A DNA stretch of 64,000 bases from positions 768,001-832,000 of the forward strand of contig CAVPLM010000003.1 of the NCBI GenBank assembly GCA_963706025.1, written 5' to 3'. The notes below the pieces were generated by a model. It did no database searches and was not told the DNA's origin. It saw only the letters and a list, made by a program, of their open reading frames with translations. Both the position numbers and the translations under genes were made by a program. Numbering within the stretch: position 1 is the stretch's first letter; every line of letters begins with the position of its first letter. Positions 48,274 to 58,297 of this stretch are shown here, piece after piece. This DNA is from an uncultured Actinomycetes bacterium (GTDB lineage: Bacteria; Actinomycetota; Thermoleophilia; RBG-16-64-13).

Positions 48274-49722
48274 GTGATGCGGGACTTCCGGCAGGATGAC
48301 TCGCCTCATGACGCCTGCGGGGTGTTCGCGATCTACGCCCCGGAGATGGATGTCGCCCGCCTCACCTTCTTCGCCCTCTTCGCGCTCCAACACCGGGGCC
48401 AGGAATCGGCCGGCATCGCCGTCACCGATGGCGCCCGGCTCATCGTCCACAAGGACATGGGTCTGGTCTCTCAGGTGTTCGAGGAGGAGATCCTCCAGAC
48501 TCTACCCGGGCAGTTGGCCATCGGTCACGTGCGCTACTCCACCACAGGATCGAGCGAGATGCGCAACGCGCAGCCCTTCGCCCGCACTCGCGACGGCTCC
48601 TTCATTGCCCTGGCTCACAACGGCAACCTGGTCAACACCGACGAGCTTCGGGCTCACCTAGTCCAGAACGGCCACATCTTCGAGAGCACCTCCGACACGG
48701 AGGTCATCGCCGCCCTGTTGGCCGAGCACCCCTCGCGCGACATCCGGGAGGCTTTGCGCGACATCATCCCCCAACTGCGGGGCGCCTTCAGCGCGGTGCT
48801 GCTCACCAAGGACGAGGTGATCGGCTTCCGCGATCCCTACGGTGTCCGCCCGCTGGTGCTGGGCAGATTGGAGAATCGCTACTGCCTGGCCAGCGAGTCG
48901 GCCGGCCTCGACATCGTGGGCGCTCGGCTGGTGCGCGAGATCGAGCCGGGGGAGATCTGCCTGATCGATAAGGACGGTTACCATATCGAGCAGGTGGTTG
49001 ACCGCAGGCGGGAAGCGCTGTGCGTCTTCGAGTTCATCTACTTCGCCCGCCCCGACTCGGTGATGAAGGGCCAGACCCTCTACAACGCCCGCAGCCGCAT
49101 GGGGGAGGAATTAGCCGCGGAGTCTCCGGCCGACGTCGATCTGGTCATCCCCGTGCCCGACACCGGCAACTCGGCCGCCATCGGTTACGCGGCCCGGAGT
49201 GGCATCACTTACGGCGAGGCGCTCATCAAGAACCGCTACATCGGCCGCACCTTCATCAATCCCGAAGACCGGGTACGCAAGCTCGGCATCAGGATGAAGT
49301 TCAACCCTCTGAGCTCGGCGATCCGGGGCAAACGGCTGGTGGTGGTGGACGACTCCATCGTGCGGGGCAACACCACCCGGGCTCTGGTGCGGGTATTGTT
49401 CGAGGCGGGGGCCTTGGAAGTGCACCTGCGCATCAGCTCTCCCCCGATCGTGTTCCCCTGCTTCTATGGCATCGACATGGCCGATCAGGACGAGTTCATC
49501 GCCTTCGGCAAGAGCATCGACGAGATCAGCCGGGAGCTAGGGGCGACCTCGGTCGCCTACCTGTCGCTTGAAGGTCTCATGCGGGCGACGAGAGTGAGGG
49601 ACGGGGAGAGCTGCTTCTGTACGGCCTGCTTCACCGGCGACTATCCCTGTGAGGTGCCGGAGCACCTGCGTTGCTCCAAGTTCCGCTACGAAGCGGAAGC
49701 CTGCGCGGCGCTACAGCGGTAG
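48274..49722 (+). CDS. purF: Amidophosphoribosyltransferase (Fe-S type with propeptide)
   Basis: Propeptide then CGVF, LQHRGQESAG, GHVRYST, HNGNL, CVFEFIYFARPDS, DDSIVRG, FCTACF. Confidence 0.98.
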   Translation: MMRDFRQDDSPHDACGVFAIYAPEMDVARLTFFALFALQHRGQESAGIAVTDGARLIVHKDMGLVSQVFEEEILQTLPGQLAIGHVRYSTTGSSEMRNAQPFARTRDGSFIALAHNGNLVNTDELRAHLVQNGHIFESTSDTEVIAALLAEHPSRDIREALRDIIPQLRGAFSAVLLTKDEVIGFRDPYGVRPLVLGRLENRYCLASESAGLDIVGARLVREIEPGEICLIDKDGYHIEQVVDRRREALCVFEFIYFARPDSVMKGQTLYNARSRMGEELAAESPADVDLVIPVPDTGNSAAIGYAARSGITYGEALIKNRYIGRTFINPEDRVRKLGIRMKFNPLSSAIRGKRLVVVDDSIVRGNTTRALVRVLFEAGALEVHLRISSPPIVFPCFYGIDMADQDEFIAFGKSIDEISRELGATSVAYLSLEGLMRATRVRDGESCFCTACFTGDYPCEVPEHLRCSKFRYEAEACAALQR

Positions 49723-49787
49723 ATGCGCGGCGCCAGGCCCGCGGCGCCAGGCCCGCGGGTGCGCGGCGCCAGGCCCGCGACGCCGGA
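49702..49787. repeat. Short GC-rich tandem repeats (GCGGCGCCAGGCCC-type)
   Basis: Three near-identical units between convergent purF and btuD. Confidence 0.6.
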
Positions 49788-49810
49788 TACGCCGGCGGTG
49801 GATCCGCGCG

Positions 49811-51149
49811 CTAGACCTTCTCCACGGCCTCGGTGCTGCCGGCGACCTCCACCGCTCCCGCGGCCAGCAACTCCCCGACCAGCGCAGTCGCCTCCCCGCC
49901 GCTGAGATCTCGTTCTTCGATGGGCGGCCGCCCCACGATCACCACTTTCTTGCCGCCCTGGGCCGCCCGGAGGGCCACCCGCAAAGGCTCCAGGTTACCC
50001 TGCCCGAAGAAGACCGGGGCCACCACCAGCACGTCCGTCTCCGCGACCAGGGACTCCATCTCGGCCACCGCCTCGGCCGGGAAGGGCTGGAACGGGGGCG
50101 CCGACACCACCTCCAGCTCGTAGCGCTGGGCCGTGGCGTAGTCGGTGTCGAAGACGCTCACGATGCCGATCGTGGGCGCGTATCCGCGCAGGACGAGCTC
50201 TTCCATCAGTTCCGAGGCCGCGCCTCCGCCTGCGATCACGTGCACCTTCGTGCCCTCGCCTTCGAGCCCGGCCTCGTGGGATCTGGACCATAGCGGGGTG
50301 AGATAGGGTCGCTGTCCCTGCCTGTGGACGGTCACCCGGACTTTGAACACTTCCAGGATCAATGTCGGGTCAAGGATGTCCGTTGCTGTCCCCCGGGCCG
50401 CTACCCGGCCTCTGTCGAGCAAGATCAGTTCCTCACAGTACTGGGCGGCGATGTTGAGGTCGTGCAGCACCACGGCGATGGTCCGGCCGGCGGCATGGAG
50501 GGAACCGAGGAGCTGCATGATCTCGAGCTGGTGGTTGAGGTCGAGGTTGTTGAGCGGCTCATCGAGGAGCAGGACCGGTGTCTCCTGCGCCAGTGTCTGG
50601 GCGATGAGGGCCCGCTGGCGCTCGCCCCCGGAAAGCTCGGTGACCGACCGCCCGGCAAGGGCGATCATACCGGTGGCTTCGAGCGCGGCGGCGACGGCTG
50701 CGCCGTCGGCCGCCGCGCCTGCGGTCGCGCGGCCTCGACCACCGTGGGCGTAGCGGCCCATGGCCACCATCTCCTCAACAGTAAAGTTAAAGTCGAGGTT
50801 GAACTGCTGGGGCACCACTCCTACCATGCGCGCGAGCTGCGCCGCCTGATACTGGTGGACCGGCCGGCCTTCGAAAAGGACCTCACCGGCCGAAGGACGT
50901 ACGCCCCCCGTGAGCGCGCGGAGCAGGGTGGTCTTGCCCGAGCCGTTCGGGCCGAGGATGCCCAGCGAAGGAGCCGCGCGCGACCTGGAGGTCGAGAGGA
51001 CCGAGTACCGGCTGCCCTCCTAGAGTCACCTCGAGCCCGCGGATGTCGTAGACCGGTGCGGTGCCGGCGGCTACAGGGCTGACGGTGCTGGGGGTGTCGG
51101 CGGGGCGGGTGCGGGCGCTCTCCTCCCGCTCAGGGGGCTGATCCATCGT
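49811..51149 (-). CDS. Cobalamin/iron-complex ABC ATPase (BtuD-like) with an apparent +1 frameshift at 50961-50963
   Basis: N-part ...GSFAG switches frame to ILGPNGSGKTT at a GGG run; LSGGERQR, LLLDEP, VLHDLN. Confidence 0.85.
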
Positions 51150-51165
51150 CATGTCCCGCGTCATG

Positions 51166-52206
51166 TCACGCCCCCTTCCGTACGCGCAGCAGATACAGGA
51201 AGAAGGGTCCGCCGACGGCTGCTGTGATGACCCCCACCGGGATCTCAGCCGGCGCGAGGGCGGTGCGGGCCACGGTGTCGGCGACGAGCAGCAGTAGAGC
51301 CCCGAAGAGAGCCGAGGCCGGAAGGAGGCGGCGGTGGTCCGGTCCTACCAAGAGCCGCATGATGTGCGGGACCATGAGTCCCACGAAGCCGATGAGGCCG
51401 GAGAACGCCACGGCGGCGGCGGTGGTGAGCGCGGCGACGATCATGAGGTTCCGTCGAGTGCGTTGGCTGTCCACTCCCAGCTCCTGGGCCCGTTCTTCGC
51501 CCATGAGGAGAAGGTTCATCCTCCGCGACATGAGCATCATGAAGACGAAGCCGGCCCCCACGACCGGCAGGGTGATGTAGACCTTGGTCCAGGTGGCGGT
51601 GGTGAGGCCGCCCATCAGCCAGACGACCACCGTGTGCAGGTCGCTCTCGGTGGCGACCATGAGGAACGACATCATCGCCGTGAGCGTGGAGCCGACGGCC
51701 ACCCCGGACAGCAGCAGTGAGGCGATCCCGGTACGCCCACCGAAGGTAGCGACTCGGTAGACGAGGAAGGCTGCCAGGGTTGCTCCGACGAAGGCGAGAA
51801 GGGGCACCGTATAGATCCCGAGGGAGGTGAGAGGCTTCGAGACGATGGCGATAGTCGCCCCCAGGCCGGCTCCCGCGGACACGCCCAGCAGGTAGGGCTC
51901 GGCCAAAGGATTGCGGAATATGCCTTGGAAGGAGGCGCCTGCGGTCGACAGCGCGGCGCCCGTGATAAGGGCCAGCATGATACGAGGCAAGCGCAGATCG
52001 AGGAGGAGGCGCGGCGCCCACTCGGGGAAATCACCCACGGCGTCGGTCCCATGACGGACGATACCGCCAAGGGCTCTGAGGGCCTCAGCGACGGAGAGAC
52101 CCGCCGCGCCGATCACTCCGGCCGCGAGCACGCCTGCCACCAGGGCGGCCACCAGTACCGCCATGACCAAGCGGTAGTTCCTGCGGCGATCGCTACTCGC
52201 AGCCAT
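51166..52206 (-). CDS. FecCD/BtuC-family ABC permease
   Basis: LRLPR, FQGIFRNPLAEPYLLGVSAGA, GEERAQELG, IGFVGLMVPH. Confidence 0.93.
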   Translation of the reverse strand: MAASSDRRRNYRLVMAVLVAALVAGVLAAGVIGAAGLSVAEALRALGGIVRHGTDAVGDFPEWAPRLLLDLRLPRIMLALITGAALSTAGASFQGIFRNPLAEPYLLGVSAGAGLGATIAIVSKPLTSLGIYTVPLLAFVGATLAAFLVYRVATFGGRTGIASLLLSGVAVGSTLTAMMSFLMVATESDLHTVVVWLMGGLTTATWTKVYITLPVVGAGFVFMMLMSRRMNLLLMGEERAQELGVDSQRTRRNLMIVAALTTAAAVAFSGLIGFVGLMVPHIMRLLVGPDHRRLLPASALFGALLLLVADTVARTALAPAEIPVGVITAAVGGPFFLYLLRVRKGA

Positions 52207-52327
52207 AGTCGCGACTCCTGTCTCGACCGTCTCGACCGGGGCGCGGGCCCTTCGCGGCCCGCGCCCACCCGGCGCCGGCTCCCCGAGCGCGGGGAGCCGG
52301 CGCCGAGACCGGTCGTGATCCCAGGGG

Positions 52328-53386
52328 CTAGAAGACCCCGGGATGAATGGCTTCCGCCAATACCTTGAGGCCTTCCCCGACGCGCGGTCCCGGCCGCGTG
52401 ATCAGCACGTCATCGACCACGAGGACGCGCCCTTCCTTGACCGCGGTGAGTCCGGCGAAACGTGGGTCGGCCGTGAACTCATCCGCCGTGGCATAGATGC
52501 TCCCGGGGAGGAGGATCACGTCCGGATCGGCCGCCACCAGCTGCTCGGGGGCGAACTGGTAGTAGGCCTGCGCGGCAGCGCTGTCGGCGCCGGGCATCGA
52601 AGCCACGTTGGTGGCGTTCACCAGGGTCAGCAACTCGTCCACGAAAGAACCGGGACCTGCGGTCCACAAGGTGTTGTCTAGGGCGTAGAAGACCGCGGGC
52701 GATTCTCCTGTCGCCGCCGCGGCTTCGGTGACCTCTTTGATCTGTGCTTTCATCGACTCCACCAGTTCCGCGGCTCTCCCTGTAGCCCCGGTGGCTGCGC
52801 CCACCATGGCGATATTGGCGTAGATCTGTTCCAGCGTCATGGGGTTGAGTATGAGCACAGGCGCCCCGGCAGCTTGGACCGGCGCGAGGGCTTCCTCATT
52901 GCCGGAGTAGCCCACTACCAGGTCGGGGCTGAGGGCCATCACCGCCTCGGTGTTGGCCTGGAAGTCACCGATCTTGGCGATAGCGGCCGCTTCGGGCGGG
53001 TAGTCGTCCAGCGAGCTGACGCCGACCACCCGGTCTCCCACCCCGAGGGCGAACAATATCTCGGTGTTCGCGGGAGCGGTGGACACGATGCGCATGGGCT
53101 TCGCCTCGATGGTCGCACCGGTTCCATTGTCGTCGGTCAGCGCCACCGGGAAGGTTCCCTCAGCCGGTTCGGCCGCGGTCGACGCGGCCGCGGTTGTCGC
53201 GGTCTGGTCGGCCGCTTCGGTGTCGTCTGACCCACAGCCGGAGATCAGCAGCGAGCCCGCGACCAGCATGAGGGCGGCGCACGTCAAGGCGGCCAGATAG
53301 AAGAGGATCACTGACGATGAGCGCTGCCAGGATGGCAGCAGGTGGGGCCCCGCCGATGCGCGGCGCGGCGTCCGGTGTCCGTTCAT
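52328..53386 (-). CDS. BtuF-like cobalamin-binding lipoprotein
   Basis: Lipobox ISGC; RIVSTAPANTEILFALG, PDLV, RPGPR; AAAGGAG RBS; downstream of the B12 riboswitch. Confidence 0.9.
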   Translation of the reverse strand: MNGHRTPRRASAGPHLLPSWQRSSSVILFYLAALTCAALMLVAGSLLISGCGSDDTEAADQTATTAAASTAAEPAEGTFPVALTDDNGTGATIEAKPMRIVSTAPANTEILFALGVGDRVVGVSSLDDYPPEAAAIAKIGDFQANTEAVMALSPDLVVGYSGNEEALAPVQAAGAPVLILNPMTLEQIYANIAMVGAATGATGRAAELVESMKAQIKEVTEAAAATGESPAVFYALDNTLWTAGPGSFVDELLTLVNATNVASMPGADSAAAQAYYQFAPEQLVAADPDVILLPGSIYATADEFTADPRFAGLTAVKEGRVLVVDDVLITRPGPRVGEGLKVLAEAIHPGVF

Positions 53387-53550
53387 GCGGACTCCTTTCG
53401 GTTCAACCTATATGGTCACTGGTCCGCAAGATGGTGGAGAGCAGGTTGGCTACTCCCCGGCCGGACCATGACGTGGTCGAACCGAGTCGGCGCCCCGCGA
53501 CATCAGGGCGGAGTGCGCTCTCTCCGCGGAAAGCGTCTGCTCCTCCTCTA

Positions 53551-53730
53551 CAGCAGGTATCTGACTCCCGAAGTCCGCCGCCCGAAGGCGCGACCAGGCG
53601 ACCGTCGGTCGGTCGCGTCGCTCGCTCGAGCGGAGCCTCGGTTACAGTGGCGGGACCGTGCCGGCATCTCACCGGCTTCCCTTTCGGCCTCGGGATGACC
53701 CGGGGCCTGACTGCGGAGGCACCATGCTTG
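53551..53730 (-). ncRNA. Cobalamin riboswitch
   Basis: Minus strand GGTGC...AAAGGGAAGCCGGTGAGATGCCGGCACGGTCCCGCCACTGTAA...GAGTCAGATACCTGC. Confidence 0.93.
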
Positions 53731-53889
53731 CTGGAGAGACTCTATCACCCGACGGCCCGAGGGGTCTACCGCGCCGGCCGGTGGGCTCCGCGGGCGGGTC
53801 CCCGGTGCGGGGTGCCGGCGGGCGCGTATCGGCCGCCGGATCTGGGCCGGCGGCTGTCGGCAACAGGCTCGTTTTGGTACGCTGGTCGG

Positions 53890-54252
53890 GTGAAGAGCTC
53901 CGTCAGCATAGTCCTCTTTTTTCTGCTCAGCGGCTTCTTCCTGAGCGCCCTGCTGGGTGCGGTCGAGCACAGCCGCAAGCTGCTGGCCGTGGCGGGGGGC
54001 TGTCTCGTGGCGGTGGTCTGCGTGATCGTCTTCCTTACCCCGGTACAACTACCGCCGTCCCTGCGCCTCAGATTCGGCGACGAGGAATCCGGTCCGACGT
54101 CCGTTTCGGGGACCACGGTTGCTACCGTCTCCCCGGTCACGACCTCAGTCACAGCCACCGTCCTCTCTCCGGACAGCATCTTCCCGGCCACTTCCACTTC
54201 CATCTCTCCGGTCACTTCAGTGTTCACGACGGAGACGTTTGATGTCCAATAA
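53890..54252 (+). CDS. Hypothetical two-TM protein with Thr/Ser-rich tail
   Basis: Two hydrophobic segments; TACGCT -10 six nt before GTG; overlaps the purM start. Confidence 0.55.
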   Translation: MKSSVSIVLFFLLSGFFLSALLGAVEHSRKLLAVAGGCLVAVVCVIVFLTPVQLPPSLRLRFGDEESGPTSVSGTTVATVSPVTTSVTATVLSPDSIFPATSTSISPVTSVFTTETFDVQ

Positions 54253-55294
54253 CCCTGAGGACGATCTCAGCTACCGCTCCGCGGGTGTGGACATCGAGGC
54301 CGGGGAGGAGGCGGTCCGGCGCATCAAGAAGGACGCCGAGAGCACCTACATCCCGGGAGTGCTGGGGTCGCTGGGGAGTTTCGCCGGCCTTTTCGAGTTG
54401 CCCAAGGACCTGGTGGATCCCGTGCTCGTCACCGCCACGGACGGTGTGGGCACCAAGGTGCTTCTGGCCCAAGAGACCGGCAGGCTCGACACCGTCGGCG
54501 TCGACCTGGTGGCCATGTCGGTCAACGACGTGCTCACCATCGGGGCTCGCCCCATCTTGTTCCTCGACTACGTGGCCATAGGCCGGTTGGTGCCGGCGGA
54601 GATGGCCCAGATCGTCGCCGGCGTGGCCGAGGGCTGCCGCCAGGCCGGATGCGCCTTGGTGGGAGGAGAGATGGCCGAGATGCCCGGCCTCTACGACCCG
54701 GGCGAGTTCGACCTGGCCGGCTTCTGTGTGGGCCTTGGCGAGCGGGAGAAGCTGATCGACGGGTCGAGCGTGAAAGAAGGCGACGTGGTCCTAGGGCTTG
54801 CTTCCAGCGGTTTCCACTCCAACGGCTACTCCCTGATCCGCAAAGTCCTCGAAATGAACGGCCGCGGGTTGGGCGATAGGTTCCCGGGTTTCGACGAGAC
54901 CATCGCCGACTCCCTGCTCAAGCCCACCCGCATCTACGTGCGGAGCGTGCTCGGACTGCTCGAGCGGGGGGTAGCGGTTGCGGCCATGGCCCATATAACC
55001 GGAGGGGGCATTATCGGCAACTTGTCCCGCGTGATCCCCGACGGGCTGTCGGCTCGATTGGACTTCACCGAGTGGAAGATACCGTCTATGTTCCGGGCCC
55101 TGCAGCGTCTGGGCGGCATTTCGGACCAAGAGATGTTCGGCACCTTCAACATGGGCATAGGGTACGTGCTTGTGGTGCCGGCGCCGATGGCGGAGCGCGC
55201 CGCCGGTCTATTGAGGGAGGCCGGGGAAGAGGCCGTCATCCTGGGCGGGATCGTTCGCGGGACGGAGAGGGTCGTATTGGACGGGCTGCCGTGA
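54242..55294 (+). CDS. purM: Phosphoribosylformylglycinamidine cyclo-ligase
   Basis: YRSAGVDI, TDGVGTK, DLVAMSVND, GGEMAEMPG, SSGFHSNGYSL, HITGGG, TFNMGIG. Confidence 0.98.
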   Translation: MSNNPEDDLSYRSAGVDIEAGEEAVRRIKKDAESTYIPGVLGSLGSFAGLFELPKDLVDPVLVTATDGVGTKVLLAQETGRLDTVGVDLVAMSVNDVLTIGARPILFLDYVAIGRLVPAEMAQIVAGVAEGCRQAGCALVGGEMAEMPGLYDPGEFDLAGFCVGLGEREKLIDGSSVKEGDVVLGLASSGFHSNGYSLIRKVLEMNGRGLGDRFPGFDETIADSLLKPTRIYVRSVLGLLERGVAVAAMAHITGGGIIGNLSRVIPDGLSARLDFTEWKIPSMFRALQRLGGISDQEMFGTFNMGIGYVLVVPAPMAERAAGLLREAGEEAVILGGIVRGTERVVLDGLP

Positions 55295-56157
55295 GCGTGG
55301 TGGGCGCGGAGCTCCCCGCGGGCGGCGGTCCCTCGGGCGGCGATGCCGGCCGAGCCGGGGATCCGCCGGTCTTCCGTTTGGCCGTCCTGGCTTCGGGGAG
55401 CGGCTCCAACCTGCAGGCCATCATCGATCAGCTGCACCGCCGCCCGGCGGCGGGCGCGCCCGCGGGGGCGCCGCCGGCCTCGACGGAAGCCGTCGCGACG
55501 TCCGCAGCGACGCCGGCTGCCGCGGCGCCGCCGGCCATCGAGGTCGCGTTGGTGATCAGCGACGTGCCCGGGGCGCGCGCCCTGGAACGGGCGCGCGCCG
55601 CCGGCATCCCCACAGTCGTCTTCCCGGCCGATCGCTATGCCACCCGCGAGGAGCACGACCTGGCCATGGCCGGCGCCATCCGCGACGCCCAGGCCGACCT
55701 GGTCGTCCTCGCCGGTTACATGCGCCTGGTTGCGCCCGCGTTCGTGCGGGCGTTCCCGTGGCGGGTCATCAACCTGCATCCGGCCCTGCTGCCGGCCTTT
55801 CCCGGGACCACCTCCATCGGCGACGCCGTGCGCTACGGCGTTAAGACGACCGGGGTCACCGTGCACTTCGTGGACGAGGGGCTGGACACCGGTCCCGTCA
55901 TTGCCCAGGAACCGGTGCGGGTGGAGGACGGCGATACGGCGGAGAGTCTGGCGACCCGCATCCATGCCGTGGAGCATCAGCTGCTGCCGGCCACGATCCG
56001 GCTCATCGCGGCGGCCAGGGTCAAGCCGCCTCTTCCGGGATCGCGGGTCGTCCAGGTAGACTTGGGCGACGTAGTGACGGCAGACGGCGGGACGGCGCCG
56101 AGCTGGGCGGCCGCGTCGAGCGACGGCATGACGCGAAGCGGCGACGCAGGGCCGTAA
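55291..56157 (+). CDS. purN: Phosphoribosylglycinamide formyltransferase with an Ala/Pro-rich internal insertion
   Basis: LASGSGSNLQAII, LAGYMR, INLHPALLPAFPG, GVTVHFVDEGLDTGPVIAQ. Confidence 0.95.
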   Translation: MSVVGAELPAGGGPSGGDAGRAGDPPVFRLAVLASGSGSNLQAIIDQLHRRPAAGAPAGAPPASTEAVATSAATPAAAAPPAIEVALVISDVPGARALERARAAGIPTVVFPADRYATREEHDLAMAGAIRDAQADLVVLAGYMRLVAPAFVRAFPWRVINLHPALLPAFPGTTSIGDAVRYGVKTTGVTVHFVDEGLDTGPVIAQEPVRVEDGDTAESLATRIHAVEHQLLPATIRLIAAARVKPPLPGSRVVQVDLGDVVTADGGTAPSWAAASSDGMTRSGDAGP

Positions 56158-56263
56158 GCGACCAAGTGGCGTCGAGCGACGTGATAGCGTGACCGAGGGA
56201 GACGCGAGCAGATGGGACCAACGCCCGGCCACACGGGACCGGGGAGCCGACGAGGAGGAGAGA

Positions 56264-57802
56264 GTGAAGGTCAAGCGAGCGCTGGTGTCGGTATCGGACA
56301 AGCAGGATCTCGAGCCCTTCGTCAGAGGGCTGGTGGATTTGGGTATCGAGATCATCTCCACAGGGGGGACCGCGCGTCACCTACGGGAGGCGGGGCTGCC
56401 CATCACCGGCATCTCAGAGGTCACCGGTTTCCCCGAGATCATGGACGGAAGGGTCAAGACGCTGCATCCGGCCATCCACGGCGGCATCCTGGCCGACCGC
56501 GACCGGCCCAGTCACCTGAAGGCCATCGCCGAGCTCGGCATCAAACCCATCGATCTGGTGGTCGTGAATCTCTATCCCTTCGAGGCGACCGTCGCCCAGC
56601 GGGGGGTCAGCGAAGCCGACGCGGTGGAGAACATCGACATCGGCGGACCCTGCATGGTGCGCGCCGCGGCCAAGAACTTCGAGGGGGTGGGCATCGTCAC
56701 CGATCCCGCCGACTACGATGCGGTACTGACGGAGCTGAATGAGAACGAAGGGGAGCTGTCGCGGGAGACACGGCGCCATCTGGCCACGAAGGCCTTCCAT
56801 CACACGGCTCACTACGACTCGGCCATCGCCACCTGGTTCGGGGAACAGGAACAAGATTTTCCCACGTACCTGATGCTCGACATGGTCAAGATCAAGGACC
56901 TTCGCTACGGGGAGAACCCGCACCAGCGGGCCGCCTGGTATTCCGAGGTGCGCCTTGCCGGGGAATTGGCGGCCGCTCTCGAGCAGCACCACGGGCAGCA
57001 ACTATCGTTCAACAACCTGCTGGACCTGGATTCCTGCCGCCGGGTCCTCGATGAGTTCGCCCTCCCCTGCTGTGTGATCGTCAAGCACAACAACCCCTGT
57101 GGGGTGGCGGTGGCGGAGACGGTGGCTGCCGCCTACGAGAAGGCCGTCTCCTGCGACCCGGTCTCGGCCTTCGGCGGCGTGATCGCGGTCAACCGGGTGG
57201 TCGACGACGCTCTGGCTCGGCTCCTCTCCACCAACTTCGTGGAGGTGCTGTGGGCTCCCGGCTATGCGGACGAGGCGATGGAGATCCTGACCCTCAAGAA
57301 GGACATCCGCATCCTCACCGGCCAGCAGAATCGCGACACCTGCGACGGCTTCGACATGAAGCGCATCGTCGGGGGCATGCTGGTACAGGATTGGGACTGT
57401 GAGGTCGACCAGCGGGAGAACATGGAGGTGATCAGCGATCGTGTCCCCACCGAGGCGGAGTGGGGCGACCTGTTGTTCGCCTGGCGGGTTGCGAAGCACA
57501 CGAAGTCGAACGCCATCATCCTGGTGAAGGACCTCATGACCGTGGGTGTGGGCGCGGGGCAGATGAGCCGGGTGGATTCGGCCAACCTGGCGGTGTCGCG
57601 GGCCCGGTTCCCGTTGGCGGGCTGCGCGGTGGCTTCCGACGCCTTCTTCCCGTTCCCGGACGCCCTCGAGGTGGCGGCCAACGCCGGCGCCACCTGCGTC
57701 ATCCATCCGGGTGGCTCGAAGCGGGACGACGAGTCTCTGGCCCTGGCGAACGCTCGCGGGATGGCCATGGTGGTGACGGGGCGGAGGCACTTCAGACACT
57801 AA
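56264..57802 (+). CDS. purH: Bifunctional AICAR transformylase/IMP cyclohydrolase
   Basis: RALVSVSDK, STGGT, GRVKTLHP, IDIGGP, LRYGENPHQ, KHNNPCG, ASDAFFPF, RHFRH. Confidence 0.98.
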   Translation: MKVKRALVSVSDKQDLEPFVRGLVDLGIEIISTGGTARHLREAGLPITGISEVTGFPEIMDGRVKTLHPAIHGGILADRDRPSHLKAIAELGIKPIDLVVVNLYPFEATVAQRGVSEADAVENIDIGGPCMVRAAAKNFEGVGIVTDPADYDAVLTELNENEGELSRETRRHLATKAFHHTAHYDSAIATWFGEQEQDFPTYLMLDMVKIKDLRYGENPHQRAAWYSEVRLAGELAAALEQHHGQQLSFNNLLDLDSCRRVLDEFALPCCVIVKHNNPCGVAVAETVAAAYEKAVSCDPVSAFGGVIAVNRVVDDALARLLSTNFVEVLWAPGYADEAMEILTLKKDIRILTGQQNRDTCDGFDMKRIVGGMLVQDWDCEVDQRENMEVISDRVPTEAEWGDLLFAWRVAKHTKSNAIILVKDLMTVGVGAGQMSRVDSANLAVSRARFPLAGCAVASDAFFPFPDALEVAANAGATCVIHPGGSKRDDESLALANARGMAMVVTGRRHFRH

Positions 57803-57813
57803 GCCAGGGCCAA

Positions 57814-58235
57814 GGGGTCAGACGGGTCCCCTTCCAGCTGCGCGCAAAAGCCTGTGCGACTCTTCCAGGGAACCCATCCGACCCCTCGGACCCAGCCACA
57901 GATGGCCCAAGCGCCGTCCGCCACGCTCTTGTTAGTTAAGGGTCGGGCTTCGTCGGCTGCGCGGGCGGCGACGGGGTCAGACGAGTCCCCCTCCAGCTGC
58001 GCGCAAAAGCCTGCGCGACTCTTCCAGGGAACCCGCCTGACCCCTTGGGACCGGCCACAGATGGCCCAAGCGCCGTCCGCTGGCGGCTGAGTATGGGCGG
58101 GGCTTCCTTCCAGCTGCGCGGGCGGCCAAGGGAGCATAAGGGCTTCCTTCCAGCTGCGCGGGCGGCCAAGGGGGCATAAGGGCTTCCTTCCAGCTGCGCG
58201 GGTGCGACTCTTCCAGGAAGCCCCTACGCCCCCTT
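57814..58235 (-). repeat. Composite structured repeat: two ~108-bp direct repeats (159-bp period), 40-bp tandem repeats and three long hairpins
   Basis: Hairpins at 57814-57885, 57973-58044 and 58168-58235 share the core TCCAGCTGCGCG...GCGACTCTTCCAGG; 40-bp units start at 58100, 58140 and 58180. Confidence 0.85.
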
Positions 58236-58297
58236 AGGGCCTGTGACAGAAGGGTCGATGGGCCGCCACCCGCACGCTGAGCGCTGGTGCGACTCTT

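Noticed and set aside
50955-50970. Programmed ribosomal frameshifting in btuD, thiN or the deacylase
   Set aside because: No canonical slippery sequence or stimulatory element seen; sequencing insertion is simpler
56100-56263. ZTP (pfl) riboswitch before purH or other pur genes
   Set aside because: Could not find the GACTGGCG...GCCGNNCGCCTGGGC hallmarks
57814-58235. CRISPR array
   Set aside because: Units are tandem or long direct repeats without unique, equal-length spacers; no cas genes in the window
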